NCBI GenBank assembly: GCA_046292385.1
Contig: JBKBRF010000035.1
Coordinates: 1-64,000 of the forward strand
DNA: 64,000 nt
Source: Armatimonadota bacterium
GTDB lineage: Bacteria; Armatimonadota; SYMT01
Direction: 5' to 3'
The position numbers and the translations under genes are program-made. Under the pieces are notes generated by a model. The model saw only the letters and a list, made by a program, of their open reading frames with translations, had not been told where the DNA came from and made no database searches. Positions within the stretch are counted from its first letter, which is position 1, and each line of letters begins with the position of its first letter. Below are positions 20,887 through 30,954 of the stretch, in pieces.

Positions 20887-22191
20887 TCACTTACCCTGCG
20901 GAGCGTTAGCCAGGTGGTAGCTCAGCAGCTCCTGCGTGGCGCCCGTCTCGACCGAGTGGCGCTTGACCAGGCCGACTCCCCGGGCGTACCAGGAGGTCGC
21001 CTCCACCTTTCCGTCCGCCGCCAGGTGCTCGATCCGGAGGCAGGGGAACTCCCCGGCGGCGACGCGCACCGTCTCCTCTCCCGCTACCCGGAGGCCGGGG
21101 GTCGAGCCGGCGGGGAGGGCGGTGAAGAGCCCCTCCAGGCGCCACGGAGCGTCGGTCGTCTGCTCTGGGCGGCTGTAGACGCGGTCGCCGGCGGGGGCGA
21201 GCAGCCGGATGCTGCGGACGCCGCTCCCGAGTTGGTACTCCACGCGGAAGACGCCCCGCGGCTCCGAGTCGAGCTCTTCCAGCACCCGGATGCCGATCCG
21301 CAGCTTGCCCTCGCCCACCTGGTAGACCCAGCGGGTACCAGGGCGGAGCGGCAGCCACGCGCACGGCTCCGGCTCGATAGCGTCGAGGCCCGGGAGCCGG
21401 GGTGCGTTCGCGGCGGGTGCGGCGGGCGGCGCCGGCATCGCGGCGCGGGCGCTTTCGCGCTCCTTCAGGTGACGCTCCGCCAGCTCCGTCAGCCGCTTGA
21501 CCCGGCTCTCCGGCAGCGGGTGGCTCCGGAGCAGCGCGGGGATGCCGCTGCCGCCGCCGCTGGCGCGCTGGACCAGCTCCATCGCCTCCACGGCTGCGCG
21601 TGGGTTGTAGCCCGCGCGGGTGAGCACGCGGATTCCGTGCTCGTCCGCGTCGGTCTCGTCCTTACGGGAGAAGTGCATCCCCGCTACCGCCTGCACCACG
21701 GCGCGGGCGTCGCGGAAGCCGGAAGCGCCGGTGCCCTGCAGGATGGCGGAGATCCCGGCGCTGAGTAGCAGGTTCTTCTCGAACTGGCGGATCGAGTGGT
21801 GGCGTGTGACGTGGCTGATCTCGTGCGCCAGCACGGAGGCGAGCGCGTCGTCGTTGGGGACGAGCTGCAGCAGTCCGCGGAAGACGTAGATGAACCCGCC
21901 CGGCAGTGCGAAGGCGTTCACCTCCGGACTCTCCACCACGTGGAACTCGAACGGGAAGTCCGGGTCGTCGCTGGAGGCGACCAGCCGCCGCCCGATCTGC
22001 CGCACGCGCGCCACGGCGGCGGGATCGGTGTCGACCGGCAGAAACTGCTCGATCGCGGAGGCGGTCTCCCGGCCGATGCTGATCTCCGCCCCGCGGCCGA
22101 TGATCCGCGCCAGCGCGGGAGCGGGCGCCAGGAGCGCCAGGAGTGCCGCGATGGCGAAAGCGGTGGCCAGACCTGTCAGGACGTGCCGCAT
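20887..22191 (-). CDS. M48 family zinc metallopeptidase with C-terminal extension
   Basis: VNAFALPGGFIYV, LAHEISHV (HEXXH), ETDAD, LRSHP..R; signal peptide. Confidence 0.9.
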   Translation of the reverse strand: MRHVLTGLATAFAIAALLALLAPAPALARIIGRGAEISIGRETASAIEQFLPVDTDPAAVARVRQIGRRLVASSDDPDFPFEFHVVESPEVNAFALPGGFIYVFRGLLQLVPNDDALASVLAHEISHVTRHHSIRQFEKNLLLSAGISAILQGTGASGFRDARAVVQAVAGMHFSRKDETDADEHGIRVLTRAGYNPRAAVEAMELVQRASGGGSGIPALLRSHPLPESRVKRLTELAERHLKERESARAAMPAPPAAPAANAPRLPGLDAIEPEPCAWLPLRPGTRWVYQVGEGKLRIGIRVLEELDSEPRGVFRVEYQLGSGVRSIRLLAPAGDRVYSRPEQTTDAPWRLEGLFTALPAGSTPGLRVAGEETVRVAAGEFPCLRIEHLAADGKVEATSWYARGVGLVKRHSVETGATQELLSYHLANAPQGK

Positions 22192-22213
22192 ACCGGGAGC
22201 CCTCCGTCCCACG

Positions 22214-24538
22214 TCAGCTTCCGAAGGAGCGGGTCGGCTCCGGTGGGCGCTGGTACGGGTAGTTGCGCTCGTGCTCCAGAAGCTGTGCCTGGGCGGCATC
22301 CAGGTCGCCGCGGTCGGTGTACAGCTGCGCCAGCTCCAGCCGCGCGGAGGGGTGGAGCGGGTTGATCGCAACGACCGACTTCAGCTCCGACAGGGCGCGG
22401 TCGTCCCGCCCCAGGCGGCGGTAGGCGACCCCGAGCAGGTAGCGCGTCTCCAGGCGGACTCCCGCATCGGCGGCGGCGCGCTCCAGCGCGGGAAGCGCCA
22501 GCCGGGGAAGCCCGAGATCGAGGAGCGCGCTCCCGATGTTGTGCCAGAGCAGCCCGCTCTCCGGCCGCGCCTCCAGCTCCTGCAGCGCCTCCAGGATCGC
22601 CAGGTCCGCGGCGGCTTCCGGGATGCTGAAGCCGGAGACGAGCCGCCGCTTCGGCCCGAAGTAGATGCCGGAGCCGGGGATCGGCAGCCCGGACTCCTCC
22701 ATATCGCCCTTGTCGCGTGCCTGCGCCAGCACTTCGACCAGCTCTGTCCGCGCCTCCCCCAGGCTGCCGGCGGCGTAGAGCATCAGGGCATAGTTGTGGC
22801 GCGCCCGCAGGTTGAGCGGCTGGGCCGCGGCCGCCTGGCGGTAGAGCGGCAGCGCCTCCGCGAACTCGCCGCGGTCCCGCAGGGCGTCTCCCAGCGCGAT
22901 CAGCGCCTCCACGTTCTCCGGCGCCAGCTTCAGCGCGTGGCGCAGGTTCGCCAGCGCCTCCGGGTGCCGGTTCAGCGCGCGCAGCTCCAGCCCCAGGTCG
23001 AGGAACGCCCACGGCTGCCCCGGATCGAGCCGCGCCGCCTCGCGGATCTGTGCCACCGCCTCGCCGTGACGGCGGGCGTCGGAGAGCACGCGCGCGTAGC
23101 TCAGTCGCAGGTCGGCGTTCTTCGGGTCCTGGCGGACCTGCGTCTCCATCCGGCGCAGGTTGATCTCCTGCTGGATCTCGTCCGGGATCCGCATCCCGGC
23201 GCCGGCCAGCGCGAGCCAGCGGTCGGTTTCCGCGAAGTTCCCGTGCGCGGCGAAGACCCGGGCCCGGCAGAGCGCCACCATTGCCGGCAGCCGGTTCTTG
23301 CCGGTCACCTGCTCCGCGCCGGCCAGCGCCTCCATCGCCTGCTTCGGATCGCCGCTCTCAATCAGCGCGTGCGCGTAGCGGGTGCGGCCGATCTCGTAGT
23401 CGCGCGGGGAAAGCTCCACCAACCGCCGGAACGAGGCAGCGGCGTCCTTCGGACGGTTGAGCTGCAGGCAGAGGTCGCCGTAGAGCAGGTGCGCCAGCTC
23501 GTAGTCGGGCCGCAGGCGGCGCGCCTCGCCGTAGAGGCGCAGCGCCTCGTCCCGGTCTCCCACGCGCACCGCCGCGAAGCCTTCGGCTACCTTCTCCGCC
23601 GCCGCGCGCTCTGCCGGCACGCGCACTATCTGCAGCAGCACGCGGGTGTCCCGCTGCCGCAGCAGGGAGCGCTCGTCCCGGATCAGGAAGAAGCTCAGCT
23701 CCGTCCAGGTGTCCTGGCTCGTTTTCGGGAGCGTCACCTCCCGGGAGAAGACGACCCGCGTCTCGTCCTTCGGCCCCTTCTCCCGCTTCAGCTCCAGCTC
23801 TTCGTCGACCACGCGGATCGCGGTGCTGGTGGCGTAGGCGCGGTACTTGTAGCCGCGGTCGACCGGCAGCTGCGTGGTGAGAGTGATCCGGACCTTCTCC
23901 CCGGGAGCGGCGATGGCGGGCTCCACGGCGAGGCCTTCCACCACCTCCAGGCGCCGGTTCGTGGGGCTGAAGGAGACGCCGCGGCCGCCCTCCCGGGCCA
24001 GCCAGACGTCGTCCAGCGTGATCGAGAAGCGCTCCGGGTCGGTCCGGGTGGCCCGCACGCGACCCACGAACGGCTGGTAGCCGGTCGCTTCCACCCGCAC
24101 GTTCACCTGCGCCACCTCCACGATCCGCGTCTGCTTGGTGACGGAGCGCGGCGAGAGGAGCAGGCTGATCGGGTGCATCGTGAGGAGGCGGCCCCAATCG
24201 AACTTGGTGGAGATCTTGCCCAGCGGCGCCCGCGCCTCGAAGCGGCCGGTGCGGTCGGTGCGATCGGTCGACTTGCCGGTCTCCGGGAACGCGCCGTCGA
24301 TCTCCACGGCGATCCGCGCCTCCGGGATCGGCCGGCGCGTCTCCGCGTCGAGCACCCAGCCGATCACGCGGCCCCAGTCCGGCCGCTTCAGCACCGGCAC
24401 CGGGGGAGACTTTGCGTCGCCCGGCGGCTCGCCCGCGGCGGCCGGAATCGCCGCGGGCACCACCAGGAGCAGGGCCAGCCAGCGGCGCGCGGAACGACGA
24501 CTCGGCATCGAGATCAGGGTACTGCTTCGCACGCTCAC
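22214..24538 (-). CDS. Secreted tetratricopeptide repeat protein
   Basis: Signal-like N-terminus, GWVLDAETRRPIPEARI beta-domain, many TPR motifs; start could be 24508. Confidence 0.8.
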   Translation of the reverse strand: MSVRSSTLISMPSRRSARRWLALLLVVPAAIPAAAGEPPGDAKSPPVPVLKRPDWGRVIGWVLDAETRRPIPEARIAVEIDGAFPETGKSTDRTDRTGRFEARAPLGKISTKFDWGRLLTMHPISLLLSPRSVTKQTRIVEVAQVNVRVEATGYQPFVGRVRATRTDPERFSITLDDVWLAREGGRGVSFSPTNRRLEVVEGLAVEPAIAAPGEKVRITLTTQLPVDRGYKYRAYATSTAIRVVDEELELKREKGPKDETRVVFSREVTLPKTSQDTWTELSFFLIRDERSLLRQRDTRVLLQIVRVPAERAAAEKVAEGFAAVRVGDRDEALRLYGEARRLRPDYELAHLLYGDLCLQLNRPKDAAASFRRLVELSPRDYEIGRTRYAHALIESGDPKQAMEALAGAEQVTGKNRLPAMVALCRARVFAAHGNFAETDRWLALAGAGMRIPDEIQQEINLRRMETQVRQDPKNADLRLSYARVLSDARRHGEAVAQIREAARLDPGQPWAFLDLGLELRALNRHPEALANLRHALKLAPENVEALIALGDALRDRGEFAEALPLYRQAAAAQPLNLRARHNYALMLYAAGSLGEARTELVEVLAQARDKGDMEESGLPIPGSGIYFGPKRRLVSGFSIPEAAADLAILEALQELEARPESGLLWHNIGSALLDLGLPRLALPALERAAADAGVRLETRYLLGVAYRRLGRDDRALSELKSVVAINPLHPSARLELAQLYTDRGDLDAAQAQLLEHERNYPYQRPPEPTRSFGS

Positions 24539-25257
24539 TCATTCGCCGCCCGACGAGCGAGTGCCTGCCGGAGGAGGTGTAAGTAGGTGTAAGTAAAGGA
24601 GATAAGGGGATGGGTTGGGGATAACGGGATGGCACCGCACCGGACACAGCGCGGCTGATGCCGCAACCAAACTCAAGGCGGCGGAAGAATACTCGGTTAG
24701 TCGAGATCAGCATCGCGCCGAGGGTCCACCCCGCGCCCTCCCCGCCCGGAGCGGCCCTTCCCGCGTGGGGGCCCTCCGCGGCCCTTTCACGCTCCGGCTT
24801 CGCCTCCGCTAGCGGGCGCTGCGGGCGTGCTCCCCGGCGCGCTGCGTTCCGCGTCCGCAGGCGGCGCTTGCAGCGAGACGACGGTTCACGGACCGCTCCG
24901 GACGGCTCAAGCGACCACCCCTACCAGGGGTGGTCACAAGTGAACCCCTCCAGCCCTGCCTCCGGCAGCGCTTCCGGGCTCCTGGGGAGCACTCCCCGGG
25001 AAGAATGTGCGTGGCTCGACAAGATTCTCGCGGTGAGTAGTACAGGCTCCTACTCTTCCTCCTGCTCGCTGGCGACCTGGTGCGCCGGTATGTTCTCGGA
25101 AGGTGGATCCGGAATCCCCGGGCAGCTCCATCGAGGGATGAGGGATGAGGGATGAGGGATGAACTCCGAACCGCTGCGCCGGAAGAGGTGGCGGGCTTTG
25201 CGATCGGCGGTACCAGGTCGGTGGGGGGTTGAAGGAGCGCCCATCGAGGCGCTCCGG

Positions 25258-26367
25258 CTACTTCGCCGGTTTGGCGGGGGGCGCGCAGAGGGCGCACGCC
25301 TCCCGGCCGCTCCGGTCGGCCTCTCCGGCGTCCGCGAAACGGGTGCGCTGGTCCGCGGGGATCCGGTCCAGCAGCCGGCATCCCGCCCGGTGATACTTTG
25401 CCTGCTTTTCCCCGGCGAAGACCGCGCCCGCCGGGCTGGGCCTGGCTGCCGGCGCCGGGGTCGGCCGGGGGGCCTCGGCCTTCTTTGCCGGAGCGGGCCC
25501 GGGCGAAGAAGGTGCTGGCCTGGTCTCGGCCTTCGGGGCCGGCGCCGGCGGTGATGCGGGCGCCTGGGGTGAGCCGGAGGGCTCCGTCGCGGCGCCTTCC
25601 TGAAGCTCCGGCTCCGGCTGGCTCGCCAGCAGCGGCTGCGGCGCCCGGGGACCGGCGGAGGCGAGCGTAGACTTCTCCGCGCCGGTTTGGGCCTTCACCG
25701 GCCTTGCAGGACCGGGCTGCTCGACCGGCGCGGGAGCGGCCTTCGCCGCGGTGGGAGCCGCCGGCGCGGGAGCTTCCGCCTTCTTCGGCTGATCCAGCGG
25801 GCGGGCGAAGCGGAAGCCGGCAGTCTGGCGGTAGCCGGGCACCACCACCCGGGACGCTTCTTCCACCTCGATCATCTGGAGGGTGTCGAGGGCGGCGGTC
25901 TTCACCACGCCCCCTTCGCGGAAGAGATCGCTCCGGAACCGCGGTGCCTCGCCGATGGCGAGAATCCGGTAGGGTGGGGTGAGCGGCGCTCCGTTGACCG
26001 TGATCCCATCCCCATGATCACGGACCGCCGTGGTGGCGATCACCCGCTCCGGCAGAGCGCCGCCGTCACCCGCCACCGCCAGCGCTTCCGCGCCGGCGCC
26101 GCGCAGGGCGTTCAGCACGGCGGTGACATCCCGCTCGGCGATCCGGAACGACGCGGCGTCGGCTCCCTGCGGCACCGCGCGGGGGCTGTGACGGAGCGTG
26201 ACGACGATCCCCGGGCCGGAGACCGCGGTGATCCCCGCCAGCAGCTCCGCCTGCGCCAGGCGCTCCTTCAGCGCGGTGGGGGTGAGCTCCGCCGCGCCGA
26301 GCGGCGAAAGCGCGGCCGTGGCCGAGAGCGCGGCCAGGACCAGGATCGGATGCGAAAACCGCTGCAT
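25258..26367 (-). CDS. DUF881 domain protein with Pro/Ala linker and C-terminal Ada-like Zn-binding domain
   Basis: LAGITAVSGPGIVVTL, VLNALRGAGAEALAV, PPYRILAIG (DUF881); KYHRAGC...ACALCAP. Confidence 0.75.
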   Translation of the reverse strand: MQRFSHPILVLAALSATAALSPLGAAELTPTALKERLAQAELLAGITAVSGPGIVVTLRHSPRAVPQGADAASFRIAERDVTAVLNALRGAGAEALAVAGDGGALPERVIATTAVRDHGDGITVNGAPLTPPYRILAIGEAPRFRSDLFREGGVVKTAALDTLQMIEVEEASRVVVPGYRQTAGFRFARPLDQPKKAEAPAPAAPTAAKAAPAPVEQPGPARPVKAQTGAEKSTLASAGPRAPQPLLASQPEPELQEGAATEPSGSPQAPASPPAPAPKAETRPAPSSPGPAPAKKAEAPRPTPAPAARPSPAGAVFAGEKQAKYHRAGCRLLDRIPADQRTRFADAGEADRSGREACALCAPPAKPAK

Positions 26368-26433
26368 GCCTCTTCCTCCGAGACTCCCATCGGCTGCGGC
26401 GCACGGCTTCCGCAGGGTTGCTTCGTGATCGGG

Positions 26434-26928
26434 CTAACTCGCGGTAGCGTTTTCCTCCGAGCTGGAGGCGCTGCGCGCCGCGTCGAGGACCGCTTCGAAG
26501 ATCTTGGTGTAGCCGGTGCAGCGACAGAGGTTGCCCTGCAGCCAGTAGCGGATCTCCTCTTCCGAAGGGTCCGGATTCTGTCGCAGCAGGGCGGTGGCGT
26601 TCACCAGGAAGCCGGGGATGCAGATTCCGCACTGGAGAGCCGTGTTGCGGACGAACGCCTGCTGCAGCTCGCTGAGCTGGCCCGGGCGCGCCAGGCCCTC
26701 GACCGTGGTGATCTCGCGGTCCGCCGCGCTCGCCGCCAGCACCAGGCAGGAGGTGACCGGCTCTCCATCCAGCAGCACGGTGCAGGCGCCGCAGTCTCCG
26801 GTGCCGCAGCCCTCTTTAGCGCCGGTGAGCTCCAGCTTGTAGCGCAGCACGTCGAGCAGGCGCTCGCGCGGCTCCACTTCTACCGGTTGGGGCTGTCCGT
26901 TGACCCGCAGGGTGATCAGTTGCTTCAT
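26434..26928 (-). CDS. coxS: (2Fe-2S) small subunit of a xanthine dehydrogenase/CO dehydrogenase family enzyme
   Basis: GAKEGCGTGDCGACTV, QCGICIPG, GNLCRCTGY. Confidence 0.9.
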   Translation of the reverse strand: MKQLITLRVNGQPQPVEVEPRERLLDVLRYKLELTGAKEGCGTGDCGACTVLLDGEPVTSCLVLAASAADREITTVEGLARPGQLSELQQAFVRNTALQCGICIPGFLVNATALLRQNPDPSEEEIRYWLQGNLCRCTGYTKIFEAVLDAARSASSSEENATAS

Positions 26929-26965
26929 CAATCGAGATTCCAGAACGGTGACGTTCGACAGCCGG

Positions 26966-27814
26966 TCAGGCGAGCAGTTGGCGCAGGGCTCGGGCGGTGA
27001 GGACGCGGACCATCTCCCGCCGGTAAGCCGCCGAGGCGCGCTGGTCGTCGATCGGAGAGACCGCCGCCTCCGCGAGCGCCGCGGCTTCGTCGCTCGCCGC
27101 CGCGCCGCCGCGCTCGACCGCCGCCTCGGCGTCGACCGCCCGCAGGCAGACCGGCGCCACGGCGCCCAGCGCGATCCGGACGTCGTGAGCCCGGTCGCCG
27201 TCCGGCACCAGCGCGACGCAGACGCCGACCATCGCCAGGTCCATCGCCTTGCGCACCGCGAGCTTGGTGTAGAAGTCCCGGCGTCCGGCGGGGGCGGTGG
27301 GGAGACGGATGGCGGTGACCAGCTCGCCCGGCTCCAGTACCGTCCGGCCGGGACCGGTCCAGAAGTCGCCGACCGGCACCACCCGGCTGCCGGCACTTCC
27401 GCCGGTGATCTCCACCGCCGCGTCGTAGGCGAGCAGGGCAGGGGAGGTGTCCGCGGACGGGGAGGCGTTGCAGAGGTTGCCGGCCAGGGTCGCCAGGTTG
27501 CGGATCTGGACCGAGCCGACCTCCGCGCAGCCCCGCGAGAGGGAGGGATACCGCTCCCGGACGACCGGGTGGTTCTCCACCTGCCGGAGGGTCGCGCCGG
27601 CGCCGATCCGCAGGCCGCCGTCAGCGGTTTCGATTCCGCGGAGCTCCGGGATGCGGCCCAGGTAGACCACCGTCTCCGGCTGCCGCCGGCCGGTCTCCAT
27701 CTGGACGATCAGGTCGGTGCCGCCCGCCAGGATACGGGCGCCGGCGCCGTGCTCCCGGAGCAGCCGCGCCGCCTCGTCGATCGAGCGGGGCTCGAGGTAG
27801 TGAAATGAGTTCAT
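26966..27814 (-). CDS. coxM: FAD-binding medium subunit of a xanthine dehydrogenase/CO dehydrogenase family enzyme
   Basis: ILAGGTDL, GSVQIRNLATLAGNLCNASPSAD, PIDDQRASAAYR. Confidence 0.9.
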   Translation of the reverse strand: MNSFHYLEPRSIDEAARLLREHGAGARILAGGTDLIVQMETGRRQPETVVYLGRIPELRGIETADGGLRIGAGATLRQVENHPVVRERYPSLSRGCAEVGSVQIRNLATLAGNLCNASPSADTSPALLAYDAAVEITGGSAGSRVVPVGDFWTGPGRTVLEPGELVTAIRLPTAPAGRRDFYTKLAVRKAMDLAMVGVCVALVPDGDRAHDVRIALGAVAPVCLRAVDAEAAVERGGAAASDEAAALAEAAVSPIDDQRASAAYRREMVRVLTARALRQLLA

Positions 27815-27993
27815 GAGTACGCTGCTCGGGCTTCGACCCTGCCCGCGGGGCATAGCCTGCCCAACGGCTCATCGTTGCACGGGCGGAGTGCCGTTCCCTG
27901 CGTAGGCGGTGAGATCATCGCCGGACCGCAGCATGGACTCCAGCAGAGCTCTTAGGCTACCCTGGTGCAGCACTCCAACTGGACCTCCTTATC

Positions 27994-29025
27994 ATGATCG
28001 ACCTCCGCAGCGACACCGTAACCCAGCCGACCGATGAGATGCGCGCCGCGATGGCGCGGGCGGAGGTGGGCGACGACGTCTACCTCGAAGACCCGACGGT
28101 GAACGCGCTCCAGGAGGAGGCGGCGGCGCGGCTGGGAAAGGAAGCGGCGCTCTTCGTGCCGTCCGGGACGATGGGCAACCTGTTGGCGGTGAAGTGCCAT
28201 ACCCAGCCCGGCGACGAGGTGCTGATCGAGCGGAGCGGTCACCTGGTGCAGTTCGAGATGGGCGGGATGGCCTGGTTCAGCGGCTGCCTGCCGCGGGTGC
28301 TGGACGGCCGCCGGGGGCTTCTCGACCCGGCGGAGGTGCGGGCGAACGTCTTTAGCCAGGTGCCGTACTACCGGGCCCGCACCGGCGTCGTCTGCGTGGA
28401 GAACACCCACAACTGCGGCGGCGGCTCGGTCTACCCGCTGGCGACGCTCGCCGAGATCCACGCCATCGCCCGGGAGCACGGCGTGCCGGTCCACATGGAC
28501 GGCGCCCGCCTCTTCAACGCCGCGGCGGCGCAGGGGGTCTCCGCCGCGGAGATCGCCCGCCATGCCGATTCGGTGATGTTCTGCCTCTCCAAGGGGCTGT
28601 CCGCCCCGGTCGGCTCGATGCTCTGCGGCACACGCGAGCTGGTGGAGCAGGCGCGGCGGCTGCGGCGAGTGGTCGGCGGCGGCATGCGCCAGGCCGGCGT
28701 CCTCGCCGCGGCGGGACTGGTGGCGCTCCGCTCGATGACTGAGCGGCTGGCGGAGGACCACCAGCACGCGCGGCGGCTGGCGGAAGGGCTGGCGGAGGTG
28801 CCGGGGATCGAGATCGATCCGGCGTCCGTGGAGACGAACATCGTGATGCTGCGGGTGGCCGGTGGAGCGCCGGCGTGCGCGTCGCTGCTCTCCGGGCTGC
28901 GGGAGCGGGGCGTGCTGGTGAGCCAGCTTTCGGCCGACTCCCTCCGTCTGGTTACCCACCGGCACATTGGATATAACGAAGTGGCCTCGGCCCTGGCTGC
29001 CTTCCGCGCCTGCTGCCACTCGTAA
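27994..29025 (+). CDS. ltaE: Low-specificity L-threonine aldolase
   Basis: [48 protein letters not shown]. Confidence 0.95.
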   Translation: MIDLRSDTVTQPTDEMRAAMARAEVGDDVYLEDPTVNALQEEAAARLGKEAALFVPSGTMGNLLAVKCHTQPGDEVLIERSGHLVQFEMGGMAWFSGCLPRVLDGRRGLLDPAEVRANVFSQVPYYRARTGVVCVENTHNCGGGSVYPLATLAEIHAIAREHGVPVHMDGARLFNAAAAQGVSAAEIARHADSVMFCLSKGLSAPVGSMLCGTRELVEQARRLRRVVGGGMRQAGVLAAAGLVALRSMTERLAEDHQHARRLAEGLAEVPGIEIDPASVETNIVMLRVAGGAPACASLLSGLRERGVLVSQLSADSLRLVTHRHIGYNEVASALAAFRACCHS

Positions 29026-29124
29026 AGAGGCACCTGAGAGAGCGCGGCCCGACTCCGCGTGCGAGCCTGTGATGGCCGCCGCGGGCTTCCGCCCACTCTC
29101 CCCTTCTCTCCCTCCGGAGATACC

Positions 29125-30450
29125 ATGGTTTTCGATTTCGATCTCGTCCGCCAGGCGGACCCCAAGGTCTACGAGCTCGCCGTCAGCGAGGCGAAGAAGC
29201 AGGTGGAGCAGATCCGCCTGATCCCGTCCGAGAACTACGCCTCGGCCGCCGTGCTCCAGGCGCTCTGCACCCCGTTCTCCAACAAGTACTCCGAAGGGTA
29301 CGCCGGCAAGCGCTACTACGAGGGGCAGGAGTTCATCGACGAGCTGGAGACGCTCACCATCGAGCGGGCGAAGGCGGTCTTCGGGGCGGATCACGCGAAC
29401 GTCCAGCCCTACTCCGGCTCCCCGGCCAACCTCGCCGTCTACTTCGCGCTGCTGAAGCCGGGGGACAAGGTGATGGGGCTGGATCTGCCATCCGGCGGCC
29501 ACCTGACGCACGGCGCGCGGGTGAGCATCACCGGCACCTATTATGAGAGCCATCCCTACGTGGGGAACGAGGACGGCTGGCTCGATTACGACCGCATCCG
29601 GGAGCAGGCGCTCCAGGTGCGGCCGAAGCTCCTCATCGCGGGCGGGACCGCCTACCCGCGGGTCTGGGACTTCGAGAAGCTGGCCGCCATCGCGCGGGAG
29701 GTCGACGCCTACTTCGTCGCCGACATCGCCCACATCAACGGCCTCATCATCGGCAAGGTCCACCCGGACCCGGTACCGCACGCGGACGTCGTCTCCTCCA
29801 CCACCCACAAGATGCTGCGCGGCCCGCGCGGCGGCCTGATCCTGTGCAAGGACGCGCCGCTCAAGGGAGTGGAGGGCGCGGACGCCGAGAAGCGGCTGAA
29901 CCGCCTCCCGGGGCGCCTCGACCGCGCCGTTTTCCCCGGCCTGCAGGGCGGTCCCCACGAGAACCAGATCGCCGCGCTGGCGATCGCGCTCGACGAGGCG
30001 GCGCGTCCCGCCTACACCGAATACGCGCAGCAGATCGTGAAGAATGCGAAGGCGCTGGCGGAAGGGCTGCTCGCCCGCGGCTTCCACCTGGTCACCGGCG
30101 GCACCGACAACCACCTGCTCCTGATCGACATGCTGAAGGGGCGGGGGATTCCCGGCTGGCGCTTCGCGAAGGTGCTCTACGAGGCGAACATCGAGGTGAA
30201 CGCCAACTCGGTGCCGAACGACCCGCTCACCCCGCTCAAGCCGGCCGGCATCCGGATCGGCACCCCGGCGATCACCACCCGCGGGATGAAGGAAGCCGAG
30301 ATGGAACTGGTCGCCCGCTGGATGGGCGAGGTTGCGGACGCGATGGACGGCGAGAACGTGGTGAAGCCGCAGGAGATCGCCCGCATCCGCGGCGAGGTGC
30401 TCGAAGTCACCCGCAGCGGCCGCTTCCCCGTCCCCGGCATCGAGTGCTAG
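29125..30450 (+). CDS. glyA: Serine hydroxymethyltransferase
   Basis: PSENYAS, KYSEGY..RYY, SGGHLTHG, TTHKMLRGPRGG, FPGLQGGP, GIRIGTPAITTRG; GGAG RBS. Confidence 0.95.
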   Translation: MVFDFDLVRQADPKVYELAVSEAKKQVEQIRLIPSENYASAAVLQALCTPFSNKYSEGYAGKRYYEGQEFIDELETLTIERAKAVFGADHANVQPYSGSPANLAVYFALLKPGDKVMGLDLPSGGHLTHGARVSITGTYYESHPYVGNEDGWLDYDRIREQALQVRPKLLIAGGTAYPRVWDFEKLAAIAREVDAYFVADIAHINGLIIGKVHPDPVPHADVVSSTTHKMLRGPRGGLILCKDAPLKGVEGADAEKRLNRLPGRLDRAVFPGLQGGPHENQIAALAIALDEAARPAYTEYAQQIVKNAKALAEGLLARGFHLVTGGTDNHLLLIDMLKGRGIPGWRFAKVLYEANIEVNANSVPNDPLTPLKPAGIRIGTPAITTRGMKEAEMELVARWMGEVADAMDGENVVKPQEIARIRGEVLEVTRSGRFPVPGIEC

Positions 30451-30457
30451 GCGCTGC

Positions 30458-30519
30458 CGGTTAGCAGGTTCGCAAGTTGGCAGGTTGCAGGTTGGGCATC
30501 CGGTTTCCAGCCTGCAACC
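30458..30519. repeat. Short tandem/inverted CAGGTTG-type repeats
   Basis: GCAGGTTCGCAAGTTGGCAGGTTGCAGGTTGG..CCTGCAACC; similar at 6248-6313 and 43161-43196. Confidence 0.6.
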
Positions 30520-30633
30520 CACTTACCTGAGCGGGGTAGGTAGATCGCCCGCTCGCTCTCCGGATACTTCTGCACACGCCTTGAGAGGAGCGCCCGGCGC
30601 ACCTGCCTGCCCCTCGATGGCCTGCGTTGTTCT

Positions 30634-30954
30634 TCAGAGGCTCTCTGCCTCGTCGGGCTCCCAGCGGGCTCGGGCCAGATCGACCCGGCCTTCGGCGGTA
30701 AGCGGGACGCCTTCTTCGGCCAGCAGCTCGGCCTGGAGCCCGGAGGCGTGGGAGGGGCAGGTGATCTCGCCCAGGCGGTTCACCACTCGCCACCAGGGCA
30801 CGTCGGATCCTTCCGGCAGGCTGCTGAGCGCCCAGCCGACCTCCCGCGCCGCGCGGGGCGCCCCGGCCAGGCGCGCCACGTCCCCGTAGGTAGCGACGGA
30901 GCCGGAGGGAATCCGGCGTGCTACGGCGAGAATCCGCTCGCGGAGAGAGGTCAT
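30634..30954 (-). CDS. Alkyltransferase-like protein (ATL, MGMT family)
   Basis: IPSGSVATYGDVA, AREVGWAL, PWWRVVN (Trp replaces catalytic Cys of PCHRV). Confidence 0.88.
   Translation of the reverse strand: MTSLRERILAVARRIPSGSVATYGDVARLAGAPRAAREVGWALSSLPEGSDVPWWRVVNRLGEITCPSHASGLQAELLAEEGVPLTAEGRVDLARARWEPDEAESL

Noticed and set aside
29026..29124. Glycine or ZTP riboswitch before glyA
   Set aside because: A CTCTCAGG-like word occurs only on the opposite strand and the other conserved elements are missing
30634..30954. Active O6-methylguanine methyltransferase (ogt)
   Set aside because: Catalytic PCHR is PWWR, diagnostic of the known non-catalytic ATL family rather than a novelty
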